From: Acanthaster planci
Taxonomy: Eukaryota
Direction: 5' to 3'
Assembly: GCF_001949145.1 (NCBI RefSeq)
Contig: NW_019091362.1
Location: forward strand, 1,991,838 to 2,055,837
Length of the DNA: 64,000 bases
Part shown: positions 31,771 to 46,668 of the stretch, one piece after another
Layout: the number at the start of each line of letters is the position of its first letter
Position numbering within the stretch: position 1 is the stretch's first letter
The notes under the pieces: generated by a model
The model's input: only the letters and a program-made list of their open reading frames with translations
The model's database searches: none
What the model was told of the DNA's origin: nothing
Made by a program: the position numbers and the translations under genes

Positions 31771-34700
31771 GATGACTACGCTATTCCTATGTTATATTTA
31801 TTTTAGTTTAATTCTATTTTAATTACCGTTCTCAGGTTGAAACAGTTGACGTTTAAATTAAGTTTTAGTGTACACACTAAATGGAAATAGAATTGTTGGC
31901 TGCATTCGAACAAAAATATGTTAACAAAGTTAGCCTTTAGCTAAAGTACTTCACGGTGATTAAAAGGTTGATTTTCTCAAATCACATAATCTTAGCAATA
32001 CAGCAACATAAAAAACCACGTTTATTACAGTTACCTCATTTCATGTGGAATCCATCCGAACAAGTCGTTTGATTTTGTTATATATACATGTACATCATTA
32101 GACACTTATGCATTCTATAGTTAATTACTAGATTGTCCAATCTAGGTCTTGTGTGGACCTTGTCCTGTGGTTAGCAAATAATATGCTGCGGTATGAGGGC
32201 AGACCAAGCTCATATTGTTCTCATTTGCTAATCACAATTGTTTCCAGAGACATGAAGCTCGTGCCTTCCAGGCAGCAAGGAAAACAATGTTCACCTTAAG
32301 AAAGTACAGTTTTTGTTGATTTAACTGGTGAAGTTTAAATTTTTGCGGATTTCATGTCATGATTTTTAAATGCTGAGGGTTTACCTCCTAAGAAACGTAT
32401 TTCGCTTAATGTGACTGAAATACTGGTCTGAATTTTGTGTGAACCTTGCTTGCTCCCTAATCCTCGAACAATTTTAATGATAGTCCTGTGGAGAATGAAG
32501 GAAATCCAGTTTGAAATCGCAAGTGTTGCTTCTTCCTTATAGGCCTAACCCTCAATTTGAAGAATTTTATTGAAAAGAGTTGAACTGACAAAACTAATCA
32601 TTCCACATAATACGACATTCCACGACATTTTAAAGTCTTCCGTGAAAAGTTTTTTTGTATTTTTTTCTGCTGCTTTTTATCCTTTCGTGCCATTACATGC
32701 ATTTCTAAATCATTTAGAATATTTTACATGCAGCACAGACGGGTTTCCCGTTGATTAAGGTTACAGATTGGTCATTGTTGATATTCCTAACCATTTGCAC
32801 AGGTGACTTTTCCTCCGAAAACCATGTTTAATAAAAAAAAAATAATGATATCGCCCTAGCTGTTCCCCAGTGGTGAGGCCCACCTTGTTGCTGCACCAAA
32901 GGGCCCATATTTACGGAACGGAAAGCGATACACAGTAATGTCGTGCGATATATTACGTTTTTACACAACAGCAAGAAACGACACAGTTTTTAAGTTAATG
33001 ATATTCCACATCAACAATGAAGTAGCAGCCAGACCATCAGATCGTGTCTAACTAGAAGGCTAATTGGCAAGAACACGCAGTCTCAGCTCGGTATCTTTGG
33101 GAAAATTACTTGTTGCAGCGGTTTGTCAAGAGACTACGAAGTATGTCTGCTCTGAATGTGAGCAACCTACAGAAACTTGTGTGTATTAGGCTATACTTTG
33201 GACTGCGCGGAATTCCCTCACAGCGAGCGTGAGAAATAGGCCTAAAATGTGCTCTTTTTGAACACTAACAGCAAACAGCTAATAGCTTGTTGCCTGGCTT
33301 TTCGTTTTGTATTCGGCGGTTCCTAGAGTATAACGAAGGAATTCAAGAGGCCTGCTGCCACACCCAGGCCCTCTTCAGAGGGAATTTGTGCGCCGAGAGG
33401 CCTTGCTCTGCCAAACGTAGCCAGGAAAAATGACATTTCCCCTTTTAGTTCCCAAAACAAGTCTCGCACACTAAACTACTTAGAAAGGCCTTTAGGTTCA
33501 GTATGAAAGATGGCATATAGTTCACACAACATTCAGACCATTTGATATCAATCAAGTTTTATATTTGGGTGTTTGGCCTCAGTTTATTTTATCATTAGTT
33601 CATCACAATTTTCTGGTGGCAGGTTTGAACATTAAATTACGCAAGCATTGATTCCTATATGTGTCTTTTCATTTATTGAAAGACTTAGTAGTCGATTTAG
33701 GGCTTCATCTTTGGCACAGGTTAAGTCTCTTCTTTCATGAATGTGTCATTTCTCGCTGCAAATTTTTGCGTTGGTGAAGTGCATACATTGTAATTTGTTT
33801 AGTGTTTTGGAAGACACACTCTTGGTTTTACCAACGATGTTGTGAGGGTGGAGATTTATTCAACGTATTCAAAATGCAACTTTGTCTTTTTACTATTATG
33901 GAGGGCTGGTGAAGGTGAAGGAGTTAAAATAAAAAGGCACCCACACCAGGGCTGCAGTCACTCCGTTTATTTCTGAAAGGAGCAAGCGGTGTGCAGGCCA
34001 GCAGCAAGGAAAAGACAGCACGTTGGGGGAATCAATTGCACAATTACAAAAATGACAGAAAAGGAAAGAAAAGAAATCCCATCAGTGAAATGCAAAATCG
34101 TCACCATAACAGACCCTATATACGAAGTAAAATACATGAAGTTCTAAACAGCCGTTCCTTACTATGGCTCAATTGTCAAGGTTTGAGAGCACATCCTGGA
34201 CTTCACAGTAAATCTCTTTTAAGAACACATTATAATAATCCCAAACATCAGATTACACTGTTAATGACAAAGAATTAGTTCAAACTGCCATTACATAGTG
34301 CCAAATTAAGCTTTTTACAGTGAAAGTAATGATTAAGTATCATTTACCTACTGTAACATGAGATTTCTCTCCAAAAGCAACAATTTCTCAAGAGACTAAA
34401 TCCAATTGATTGGAAACTCTGACCTTTGTGTTCTCATGTGCATGTGTTCTGTGAATTAGTCTAATCAACCAAAATACACCATGCGCAATGACCTACAAAA
34501 GCAATTTCAATCACCAAGAAGGAGCCTACATACTTTCACTATAATAATGTATACACACAAAAATATCAATTAAACGCTGGGAGCCCCCTCGACTGAAATT
34601 GTGATTACAGTGGATGACCAGCCGAATATACTTTTCTTAATGTGAACGCAAGAGGGCGTCCTTTGAACATTGTGACTTACGGGAAAGAAAATTCTAGTTT

Positions 34701-37700
34701 ACATCATGTTTCACTGAAATATTGCTTTTCCTGACTTCATTATACGGTGCCACAGCCCCCAATACAATGGCTTATTTCCAATTCATTAATGACCATTTGC
34801 TAAAAAGGGTAACTTTTACCTGAAAGGAGCAAGCAGTGTCCAAGCCAGCGGTACGAAAGACCATGGGGGAGGGAGGGGAGTGCATTGGGGACTGGCGTGT
34901 CATCGCTTGGTGGCGCTGTCACTTATCGCGCGCAGAGTCAATATTACNNNNNNNNNCCCCCCAAAAAGTGATTTTTCCGAAGTCTGATTGCAGCCATTTT
35001 TCAAGTGGCAACCCTCAACTTACTCGGGCACTTGGGACCATTTTTCAACCGTAGTTTTTAGCCCTTCTGCCCTCACATGAAAGCTCAAAGACCCAGGGAG
35101 TTGATCCTGGCAACGATTTACACAATCTCACCATTTTGGGGGCCAAACAATCTCCTTTTTCAAAAGATACTGTGGGGGCACTTTTAATGCTAATGAGCTG
35201 GTCAAAAATTCTCTCTTGAATTAGTGGTCTGCACCCTAAGCGTACCCGATACCTGCACATCATTACACTATGGTAAATTTTGATAATGAATACGTATCCA
35301 AGCTTACATCAGTATCCTACTTTGATTCTTAATATACACGTACTTGATGTAGATATTGAAAGCCAACGCTTTTAAATGGTTGGTAATTGTTGTCACTACA
35401 TGTACAATCGAACTTGAGCTATCGAGGTAGCGCTTTTAAGTGTCTCCTGGCTATTTTTAACAATGAAGTATGAGCCATACCATGACGTCATGTTTAACTA
35501 AGTCGCATGTCCCACTAGGTTTTAAGTTTTAGGAGCTTATCGCGCTGATGGCAGGGGCGTGCATCCTGGGCAATAGGAGGTATATTATACCCATTTTTGA
35601 CCTTAGAAATGAGCTATTTAATCATCTTTCAAATTTTTCTTGGTGATAAAATGTTAGGGCAGACAGCAAGGTATTTTTAGAGTTCCTCACAACCATAATT
35701 CATCCATTATTAGCAATGAAAAAAGGGGGCGGAAATGAAAAAAATTGCAAATATGCTGTTTTGAGGTTTAGGTTCAGGGTTGTAACATCCGTTATATGAA
35801 CAACGCCCCCTAGGTTCGTATGGTGTCAGCATCAACCCTCCCCTGCTTTCCAATTTTTCATGGCTGGACAGTTTCGTTGGCTCGTGTCATTTCCCATACC
35901 TACCCCACCTCCAGTTCCCGGCACAACCATACTGTCTCGACGCTTACAACCCTACAATTTTTCCCTGCTGAAAAATAACGATCGCGATGTTCTCGCATGA
36001 AATACTTTCTAAAAGAGTCAGGCCCATATTTAGACAACGTTTTGCATTACTTCAAGGCCAATAAAATAATATGAAGTAATGCTAGATCAAAGCATTCCAT
36101 TAATCAGTTTACCAATCCAGGCGTTAAGATTATTTGAAACGGTTTTCTTCTCATAGCCACACGATAACTGGCTGTCTCAAACGAAAAGAAGCAGTGTTCA
36201 CACCACAACAGTTGTGTTTAACCTTCAGTTTGAATATATGCCACCGTCCTTGCACTTATATATTCATGTACTAAGAGGTACTTAAAATATCTTTTGTTTA
36301 CAATATTACGTAACTAAGGAACTCAGTAACTAAGGAATAAGCTGATTTAATTCAGTCATTTGGCTATCGAAGTTTATACACAAAGGTATAAAGAGGGGCG
36401 AATTTCAGGAGTCACCCAGAGCGCACACATTTTCTAAGGGGGTCAGTGACAATTATGAACTGCCCCTCTTACATGGGTTGAATACTTTTCCAAATTTCGC
36501 ATGGGGCCATCCAGATGTCTCCATTTGCAAGTTTCAATTGTACTCAACCTAGGCTTCCAACGGGGATTTACGTACCCTATGTCCTCCACACACGTGAAGA
36601 ATGTTTTGAGCACAGAGAAACATGACCAATCACCTGCATGTTTCGACAGTATGCCGTCTCATCACTGTGAACGCAAGTTGGTCATTTGTGTGCGAGGAAT
36701 AGTCAAAGTGACTACTTGGTGCTAAGTCACAATTTTTTGTATTAATGAGATTAATTTGCTGGTTGTATTTTGTCAATAGAGGGCGTTATTGAATTGGAAT
36801 ATGAGCTACATGTACATGCTTTCAGGTCACTCTTCTGGAGTTGCCATATCTGTTTGTCGAAAAAAACATTCATCCAAAAGAAAAACATTTTAAGTTCCTT
36901 TACTTTGGTTTTATGGACACTCTCCAAGTGTAGGGATTAATTCAGGGTATTTAATTGAGGAGAACATTACACAGAAAATCTAAACAAAGACACGTTTTAT
37001 TGCTGAGGGCACACGTCATAAACGTTTATGGCATGTAAGGGGGATTATGTGCATCTATATTCACAAACTTCATTTACCTGTTATTCCGAGTTCGGTTTTG
37101 ATTGTTTAACTTTAATTAGATAACCAGATTGCCGTTGCTGATTCAGGTTTGTCAATTTCAGTATTTGTTATGGACGGATTAAACCGGCTTCACGTATTTA
37201 CAAGTTCAAGTTAACCAAGCTCATGGTCTCCGACACTGCATCCGTCACACTATGGTCTAGTCAAGCGTGATGTGACTTATCTGTTGTTTCTTAAACTAAC
37301 CTGGTAGTCAAACTGACTAATTCCGTACCGTTAACAGCGGTACATTCTACATTTAACATACTTCTTTTTGAGGTCCGAAATTTCGGGGGAGGGGACTTGT
37401 TTTCCTAGTGTGACTAATAGTGAAAATTTTGACTTAAACCGTCACTGTTAAACTCCCACACAAGCAAGCTGTATTCAAATTTATCATGTCAAAACGTTGT
37501 TTTATCAGTACCTCACGTGATGTACCGATACATCACGTGATGTTCAGCTCAAGTTACTTAGTTTTAGGCGAATATGAAATAAGTTGTGTTTTCAAGTTTC
37601 CCTATCTGCGCTGTGGGGCAGATTGTGTAACTTCCTGCGTGATGATGTGACCACCGGCAAAGTTACGCTTTTAAAATTACACTTTCAGAAAACGGTGGGG

Positions 37701-38229
37701 TTTTTATTTTGTATAAAAACTGCAATTTTCCATTCCCAGACGTTTAAACTCCCGCTTTTCTATTTTGGTAAAATTAATTCATGGGTAATTACCGCATTTG
37801 TCATGTGAGAAAGAGCTGTTGGTTAGCACTTCCAGCATGTGGAAGACTTTTAATCGAGGTACGCTACGTTTCCTTATATCGCTACTATGGAAATACTTAA
37901 TGTATCATGAAATGTATTTATTCGACAAAATAATCCATAATACTTTATTCTTTTAGACAGAGACACAAAACTAAGCCGTGAAAAAGGGCGGCAAAATGCC
38001 CCTGAAGATTGAACGCGCATGTTCATTCTCCCCGTATGCAGGAAGGTCCTGTGGTCCATGGGTTTTTGCAAGACAAATTACACCAGTTACGCTGCGTTGA
38101 AAACGCTTCTGCTGCGCTGAAAACGAACAGTGTTTTCAATGTAGCGCTTCTTGTTCTGCGGTTTCGAAGAAAACGACCAGTCCATTAGTGGCCCGCCTCC
38201 TATAACTCGCTGATGGCTTCCAAGCCTGA

Positions 38230-40850
38230 AGTCAGAGGCACATTCCTTGCCCCAAGGCAGGCATAAGATCCCTCCCTCTGAAGGAGGTCGGTTCACACAC
38301 ATGTTGTTTGTGTCTGTGGAGCCGACTGTCTTTACGAAAGCCGGTTTGGGAGACTTCAGACGAATTGACGGCTGAGTGACTGATGGAACTGCATGAACAG
38401 AGGCAGATACCTGTATACACCAAGGCTTTGGTTGAGATGGTCAGGCGCCTGTTTAGGAAGACATGATCCAGCAGACCCGCACCAAAACCGCAAGAGGCCT
38501 TTCGGGTGCGACTCTGAATTCCCTTGTCGATCGAGTATGAAAAAGACAGAATAGAGCCGAGGCAGTCGAAGCTCTGGGCAGACTTGATGGGCACGTCACC
38601 CGATTGTAAGTAATGGCATGGTAGTGAGTCGTCCTCAGATCTGTGGGGCTGGCAGACGATTTCCCGTGAGCATTAATGACTAAGCCGGCGCTGGTGAATG
38701 TAGAAGGCATAAAATGAGGATTGTGTTGCGTGGCAGGGAATCCAGAGTGAGAGCTGGAAAAGATGCATCGTCGTTATATTGGAGATTGGAACAAAGCAAA
38801 TTTTGGTAACGACCTGCAGTTTGAACAAGTTGAAACGTTGCCATCCAACCGGTAGCTAAACGTGAAACCATCGCTGAACATAAGGTCTTGCAACAAGAAC
38901 GAGATTAAAGATAGCCCGCGACAGCACACATTCTTGCTTCACATCAACGTTGGCCGCAAAAGGCTCTGACACCTGCTCAGCAAAGACAACACGAGCTGAC
39001 ATATTGTTATTGATGTCTTTCGGGAATAGCGGTGCACTTCGGTGGACATCTACATTTTGGCAAGAATGCTTCATGGGATCGCCCTGTTCACTTATTAAAA
39101 AATGCTTTTGCTAAACTGACAAGGGTCTTAGGTCAATCCGATAAAATAGATAAATATTTGAAGCAGCCACGCCACTAAAATTATGTCGGTGGTTCTGCGA
39201 CCCTTGCCAAAACCACATCGGGGACTCAGGGAAAACGACACCGACTACGGTACAGAGGAGGCGGGAGAAAAGGATACGGGCAAGAATTTTGCCAGCTGCC
39301 GCAAGCAGAGAGATGCAGCGATAGTTTCTGCAAGATCTACGTTGTTTCCATCTACAAGTAGCCTGACAGCGTTGGAGGACTTCCACTACTGGGATACGAT
39401 GCCTGACGCCAAGACGTCTCCGATGAACTGGTGGCGACGAATAAGAGTGAAATACCCACCATACTTTAAGACTTCCGCTCGAAAACCTTCTTGGTCAGCA
39501 GCCTTTTTGTTCTTGAGGACCTTCACAGTGTTACACACCTCCAAGGATGGAGACATGTCAAGCTCAATAAAAATTATAGGTAGCCAGTCGGGAAGCGATT
39601 TCCAAAAGAAGGGACACGTGTGTTGCCCCGTTTCAGGAGTTTGCTGAGGTGTTTAACCCAAACAATACCAGGGCAGTTCTTGATGAAGACTGTACCATCC
39701 GCAGATCTTAGAGTAGCTCATAAGCTGCGGCGGGGCCCATACGCGCCTCTAAAAAACGGAAGAGTTGATATCCCCGTATTTCAGAATTTCTGCAAGTTTG
39801 CTAGCCAGCAGACGTTTTCCATCTGGGGCAAAGCAGTTTGTGTCTAAGAGCGCAAGACTTTTAAATTTTCGAGAAGCCGGGTGGATGTATAGTGTTGCCC
39901 CGGATAAGCCTCATCGTGAGCATGGTTTTCTTGGACTATGAGATTCTGGATCGCTGCCAAGTTGTCATCAAACCAATCCTGATGTCTGCTACTTGAATAC
40001 CCATAAACTGTCGTCGTAGTGGAGTATAGAGTGGACAATAGATGACCCCACTCCTCTGTCATGTCTCATAGCTTGAAGAAGCAGCTGTGTCATGAGCAGG
40101 AGCACCCACAAGGGCGGCTGCAGGAGAACCTCTTTGATCAGAGATCTTATCAGGGACCTTAAACGGACCTCAATTTAATTGCTGGGACTTGCCCTGTTTG
40201 CGGACGGGGATCTGATCCTCAGCCTGTGGACGGACCGGATGAGACGATGGTAAGTCCATCAACTTACCCACGGAGAACACGAGTGATGCAGACATACCGG
40301 GGTTTTGAGATATGGGTGATAATATAATCAATGATTTGTCAGTGCGTAGAGCAAGGGTGCATCCAGTGGTCTTGAATTTCTCGGGCATCTGGAAACACGT
40401 GTTAGTAACTACCAGACCATGGGCGGCAAAGACACTTAAAAGGTGCAGAGCATTGGAGTTAATATTACCAGCGCCGTGTCTGCCAAAATCCCTGCCCGAA
40501 ATCAATGATCAGAGACAACCCCGGCATTAAAAGCGCAGTTGAAGATTGTCTAATCGGCATGAAGATTGCAAAACGCGTCGCAAACATCATCAGCCTCAGG
40601 CATAGCAAATGAGTAGAGTCGTAAAAATACTCGGCTGTTAGGGGCTGCATACATTCAACAGGCGTTCACTGATCCCAACACGGGACTTTGGTAGTATCGA
40701 GAGAAAAGAGGACTGGATATCAAAACCAATGCCGTGAATGCACTTGGCACCCTCCAGGAGGCTCTTCCAGAGGAGAATATAGCCTCGGCCAACCTTCTCT
40801 GTAGAGTCTTCCCCTGGGCCACCCTTTCTAGGTCCCTCCTTGGAGAAAAG
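38230..40850 (-). mobile_element. Degenerate RTE-clade LINE (endonuclease + RT remnants)
   Basis: Minus strand: GRHGAGNINSN..LVVTNTCFQMPEKFKT, HQDWFDDN, CRNYRCISLLAAAGKILARIL, VFPES, DVKQECVL, SFDCLGS, KASCGFG, LTISTKALVY. Confidence 0.88.
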
Positions 40851-40859
40851 TGTGCAGTA

Positions 40860-43065
40860 AAGACTTTAACAAGATTATGGCGAATTTCTTGGAAATGCCA
40901 CAATAAAGATTCTAAACATGGCGGTGTCAAGATGGTTGATTTAAGTTTATGCATTGAAGCTCTTAAGTGTACTTTGATCTGTAGACTGTTGAATAGCAAC
41001 ATTTCTAGCTGGGTTTCTTTTGTTTTATAAGATTAGTGATATTCAGAATGTTGTTTATCGTTGAATGTATGTTGTTTATCGAAGGTGATCATTTTAGCAT
41101 CACTTACAGCGCGTTCCCACTTGAATTGGGAAATAGTGGATCTTGATCCAGCATTTTGGTGTGATCGTTATCTTACCGCAACAAAACCGCAAGTCGCGTT
41201 CCCAGTCCCGCTTGATCTACCTTTTCGGACGGAAATGTCAAGCCCGAAAGATCACTGAGTTCGGTATTGCGCATGTGCTAGCTTGCTGAGCACGCGCTGT
41301 GGCAGTGTGGCGTGCTGGGCGGCATGCCTGTGACCCTGCGGTGCTTTGGGTGCGGAGTTCTACTGACGTGACGACCTTGAATCGGATCGAATGTTCAGCC
41401 CAGTACGTTGTCCCTTCAAACTTTGCTTCTGTTTTTGATACTCTGCCACACGCTGCGGGCTATACGCTAACACGGAATTAGTTTTTGATGGAAAGCAAGT
41501 GAAATTACACAAATGAAAAAGGTTAAGAAAGGGACGAATGCGCAACGAAAATTGTGAAAGTGCGAGGCACACATCGCGGCATGCATGCATTGCGCATGCG
41601 TGGTGACACATTTTGCTAGCCCGTAGTTCAGCAGCTGTTTAGGCCTATTGTGCATGCTATGCACGTTAAAAATTTCACATCAGCTACACGAAAAAACGTA
41701 TTTCTTTGTTCATCAGACCGCAAAAGTTTCGCGTCACTCGTGCACGGACGGATGTTGACAGGTCAAATTGCCGGATCAGATCCACCTTTTGCATTCCCAT
41801 CTGATCGTGATCCGCCAATTGCAGGATCAGATCCACCAATTGGGGGATCTGTATCCTGCTCCAGAGGAGGATCAAGACAGGTGGATCTGATCCTGATCCA
41901 CCTCATAACGGTTAGCGTTCCCACTACACACAATTGCCAGGTCTGATCCACCAATTGGGGGATCTAATCCGGCAATTGGGCAAAAGGTGGATCAGATCCC
42001 CCAATTGGTGGATCAAGTGGGAACAGGCTGTTATTTTCTTTAGCAGGTGAAGTATCCAAATGAGTTTTTGACTGATGTTTTTAAAGCCTAGAGTCATTGT
42101 GTTCAGTTTCGTGCCCCTTCTCAAGGGCAGGATATGCTTGAAAATGTTTTGTGGTACAACCATAGAATTAAGCACTGGGCTAAAAAGGAGTTAATTTCGT
42201 AGGTGACCTGCTTGATAGTGAAACTTCTTCAGCCTAGATAACTTTATGCTAAAAATTGACATCAGAACCAACCTTTTGGAATACGGCAGCGTTATTAATA
42301 CTGTAAGAAAATCATTTCATATCACATTGTCACGGGTCAACTCCCCTAATTCCTTTTAATTCCTTTTAATTTGATATAAAGGGCTGTACTCGTCTTTATC
42401 ATGTTCTTACCTCTGCATTGAAGGTTGTCTGTAGGTTATTTAGATGGGAAAAGGTGCTGGCTTGTAATCTTCCTCTCTCTGAATGGTTTGAGTTATGCAG
42501 TTTGCCCTTTCAGCTAACATGTGATACTAACATTAATTGCAGCGATGGTTTCAATATAGACTTACTCAATGAATCTTGGCTGTTAACTCTTATTTGTTTG
42601 AAATTGGTAAAAGATATAATGACCTGTGTTCTTTTTGTCAAGCTGAGAGTGAAACCTTGATGCATCTCGTTTGTACTTGTGAGTTTTCCACTTCTTTTTG
42701 GAATTAGATCGGAGATTGGCTTAAAAATACCCTGAACAGTGATATACTTTGGATAACAAAGCTATCTTTTTTGCAATTTCTAATAACTCCAGGAATGTAT
42801 TCAATTTATTTATCTTGCTTTGTCGCTTCCATAGTTATAAGATGAAAATGGACGGCGGTAAACCATCATTTTTATTGTTTAAAGACGATTTTAAAAGATA
42901 TTGTGCCTTAGAAAGATTTATTTCTACCTCTAACGGAAATTCAGTACCAAACGGGGCTGTTTTTCTTGCTGGGTAATTGATTAATGTCTAATGTGAAATG
43001 ACTGTGTATTGACTTCTCTTTTTTTGTTAAATTTAATGTAATACACAAGAGAAACTTGAATAAAA
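40860..43065 (+). mobile_element. 3' part of an L1/Tx1-clade LINE (post-RT region + zf-RVT), interrupted at ~41100-42170
   Basis: GGVKMVDL...ALKC..ICRLL..SW at 40.9-41.0 kb; RWEKVL..EW...LPF..TCDT; RWFQYRL..ILAVNSYL...DLCSFCQAESETLMHLVCTC....FWN (CCHC zf-RVT); AATAAA near 43058. Confidence 0.8.
41750..42020. repeat. Cluster of direct and inverted GGATCAGATCCACCAATTG-like repeats
   Basis: Repeated GGATCAGATCC / GATCCACCAATTGGGGGATCT / CAATTGCC motifs in both orientations; likely subterminal repeats of a DNA element. Confidence 0.7.
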
Positions 43066-46000
43066 GGCCCTGAGTGGGGGGGGGGGGAAACTCTCCCGGC
43101 ACACTCTAATAACAGCAGCAAATGAGAAGAGAGATAGTACTTCCTGTTTGGAGTATGTGGTAGTACCTAGCAGATGCTTTTGTAAGGGGGATTCATGGTC
43201 ACATGCAAAGAACTGGGACATTTGATTCTGAAGATTAAAATGTCCCTGAAAAATGGGCTTTTTGAATTACGTTTAAATTCTTGCTGCATTCTCTTGAATA
43301 CATAGACCTGGAGGTACCTTTATATTGACTGGGAATGGTTCTATGTTGATTTTCCTGATGAATTTATAAACGATGGTGTACTGATGTATGGTAAGGAAAG
43401 ATATTTTACCACAATTACGACCTCTGTCCCTCCATCTGAAAACAAACTGGTCTTTCCCCTTGAAATCGAGGTTTACAGACAAATTCCTTCAAATGTTGTC
43501 CGTAAAAAGGCGCAGGTAGCCGCCTTAGACGAAGTACCGCTTTTTCTGGTGGTCTACCACCAGAAAAAGCTGAACCGTCATTGGTACAGAAGACGGACGA
43601 GAAAATTCCGTCTCCATGTAAAAGCATGTTCCCGTCACCAGGCTGCAATGCCATGTCGAGACCCTGTCATCGTGTGGGCACCGCGTTTCGCTGTGGCATG
43701 TCACGGTAGGGGATGACAGACCCCTTGGGCTTAGCAAGGTGGGCTGCCTCCCATGGCTGATAAGCCCCACCTAACCAGAGCAATCTTGTTTTCGAGGAGC
43801 CAGAAACTCGCCTTTCACACGACTGCATACTGCCAAGCAGGAGGGCTTTGATTAGGAGAGGCTGTTGGAGACTCAAGTCACGGGAACACTTCAATGACAG
43901 ACAATGGTTCATTTTTCCTTCCAGTCCCTGACCGGCAAAACCGTTTGACCTCCAAAGCAGTGAACGCAAAACATGAGAAAAGTCCATTGAATGATAGCCA
44001 AAGGAAACTACAAATACCAATATGGCAAATTTAAATTGAACAATTACGACGTATTTTGGTATATGTCACCCTTAAGATCATTGCATTTCTTTATGAAATT
44101 AAAGTTTGATAGGACGTTTGACATTCACAAAGGTTTTTACAGCGAATATCTCATTTTTAAGGGGGATATTGGACTTTCACCCAGCCAGTTCGATTATATG
44201 CGGACCTTCAAATTTGTTGTGACCGAATACCTGTCACATCCATGTCCAGCTGACACAGCCAGGTGTTGCGTGGTCGGCTTCTCAAAATCCCCTTCAAGCG
44301 AGATATTATTTATTCGAACCTACTTTACAATCAACAAAGATTTCTTTGAGAGGGACATTTTTTTGCAGTTTTAAAATAAAATATAGGTTAGTCATTGAAT
44401 GGAAAATGCTGGCATCATCGATCATAACAGCATTTTTACAATCAATATGATTTCCAGATGTTCGTTCAGAGCCCAAAACCTTACACATGCTATTGATTAA
44501 AATTTTTTGGTACTATTTATTTCATTTACGTGTTAATATGAGGCGACATATTGATGAATAATTCTAAACAACTGGATGCAAACAATGCACTGATGCAAAC
44601 AACTTTGAAAGGAAGCAAAAGGTTATCCACGCTGAATTGCGTATAAGATAAAATAAAAAAAAGAAAGAAACGTGGAAAAATCTCGGAGAACGCATTTTAT
44701 GCTTCCGATAACTGTGTCACACTCCCTTCAGGTTTTCATTTTCACATTTGTCTTTCCAATTCTAAAGTAAAACAAAGTAATGATTTCCAAAGGACCCAGT
44801 TTCTGCTATCTGGCATAGTCATAATGGAACAGTTTTAAAAAGTGTCAAAGGATGTAATAATGTGACCCTCAACTCACGCTAAGTTTTGTACCCTTCTTAT
44901 CTGCGTGAATTATGTTAATATAATTTTTCAAACTCACAAAGGGCTGACAAAAACTTTTACATAATATTCAATTTCAATGCAGCTAATCTAACCTTTTTTT
45001 GTCAATTTACCCCTAAGACAGCCAAAATGCAGAATCTGTCACCCCCACAACATTAACTTCTATATAACCCCACCGTATTTCGTTCACTATACTATACGAA
45101 TTTTTCCAAGACAGGTCACCCCAAAATGTTTACTTTCCACTGGCATGCGCTCACTGGGATCGAGCAGATGCGAGTGAGAGCATGAGTTATTAATGACAAC
45201 AAAATTAGCCAAAACCGATGTGTGGATCATAAGAATAAGGCAGTATACTCACAAGGAATGTTTTTGAAAGCTTTGTCAAGTTTTTTAAAGGTCAGGCAAA
45301 GGACAACTGTGATCTGTGTGAGAGAAAAAAACAGCTCTTTCTAGGTTAACTGCCTTCTACTTTTATTTGCCAAAGCATACAAATCGAATGCCCATTTTAG
45401 AGGAGTGCGCGTGCGCATTACGTCTGTGCTGCTTAGCAGTAATAGTGTAGTTGAGTTATAATTTGTCTGTGTTTTGATGTTGGGCTATCCCACTTTTCGT
45501 GGGAAGGGTATTTGGACTTGCAGTCAACAGAAGGTAGTGCAGTTTATTCAGAGCTGTTTGTACTGTCAAACCTGAAACTCTGCCAAAGATCGCACCACAC
45601 TTGTGAGATGTGTCTAGACGTACATGTGTTAAAATATCCCAATTAAATATTAAATATACGTGCCATCACAGAGGTATATTGATTTTTAATTCGGAGCACA
45701 GGGTGAATAAGGATTAAATTCTGTTGGTATAATGAAACTGTTTTCAAGATGTGTTTTGCGTTTTTCGCAAGCTCTCGGACAAGCGCTGATCATACAGTGT
45801 TTAAATATGTTGGGTAAGGGCAAAACCCGTTATTTAAAATAATGAACCTGCATAGTTATTGCAAGATTGATAAAAAAGGAGCAATACAGAAAACCTGCAG
45901 TAGCATTTATTAAGCTGGTAATTTCTTTTTTCAAGATGAGAGGTGAGTTTCTATTGCCTGTAATTCTTATTAGCTAATAGCAGTATTATGTTTGTGCAAG

Positions 46001-46607
46001 CAGATTCAGAATAACGACTATATTTTGGTCTAATTTTGGTTAAATTTAGTTTAAAATGATTCAAATAATCAGGGATATCATTAATACGCTCGCCAGATCT
46101 ATAATCCCGGTCGGCAAAGATTTTAAACAGTTCCTGCGCCCCTCCCCCTCTGAAAAAAAATGGACGTGACGAGTCACGTGATCGACCTTCATTGCAAATT
46201 CTGAGCGGCTACAAAAAAACCTGCGCTGAGTGCATCAGGCAACCATTTGGTATTTGTTGCAGGCGTGCAAAGGCAGTCTTTTAGCCAATTTGTTCGAAAC
46301 GTTGCTCAGAAGAAAACCTTAACAGCGTAATGCGATTTATGTTCCTGCGTTTTGACATGACAGTCTCTGTATTTTATATCTAATAGTCATTGCTAGTCAA
46401 GTTTTATATGATTATTGCGCGCAGTGAACTTTCCAAAAATGTCAGTCTTTTGCAGAAATGCTTGATATCAGCATGATATCCTTTATAAAATAGTTCAAAT
46501 GTATTTTGAAATTCATGTATTGTGATTGTCAAAAGACCTAATTTATTTCATTTTTTTTTCTCTTGATGTAGGTTAGCTTTATCCATTAAGTGGACAGAAC
46601 AAGCAAC

Positions 46608-46668
46608 ATGATGACGGCATCCAAGATTCTACTTGTGCTGGCTGCAATAGTCGCAATGGTCGCCGCAG
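46608..46668 (+). CDS. Gene 2 first coding exon: signal peptide (exon starts 46572)
   Basis: tgtag|GTTAG...GCAACATG (good Kozak); MMTASKILLVLAAIVAMVAA + G|gtattg, phase 1. Confidence 0.85.

Noticed and set aside
45055..45950. TATATAA at ~45061 and donor GAG|gtgagt at ~45942 as gene 2 promoter / 5' UTR exon
   Set aside because: Plausible but indistinguishable from chance without transcript data
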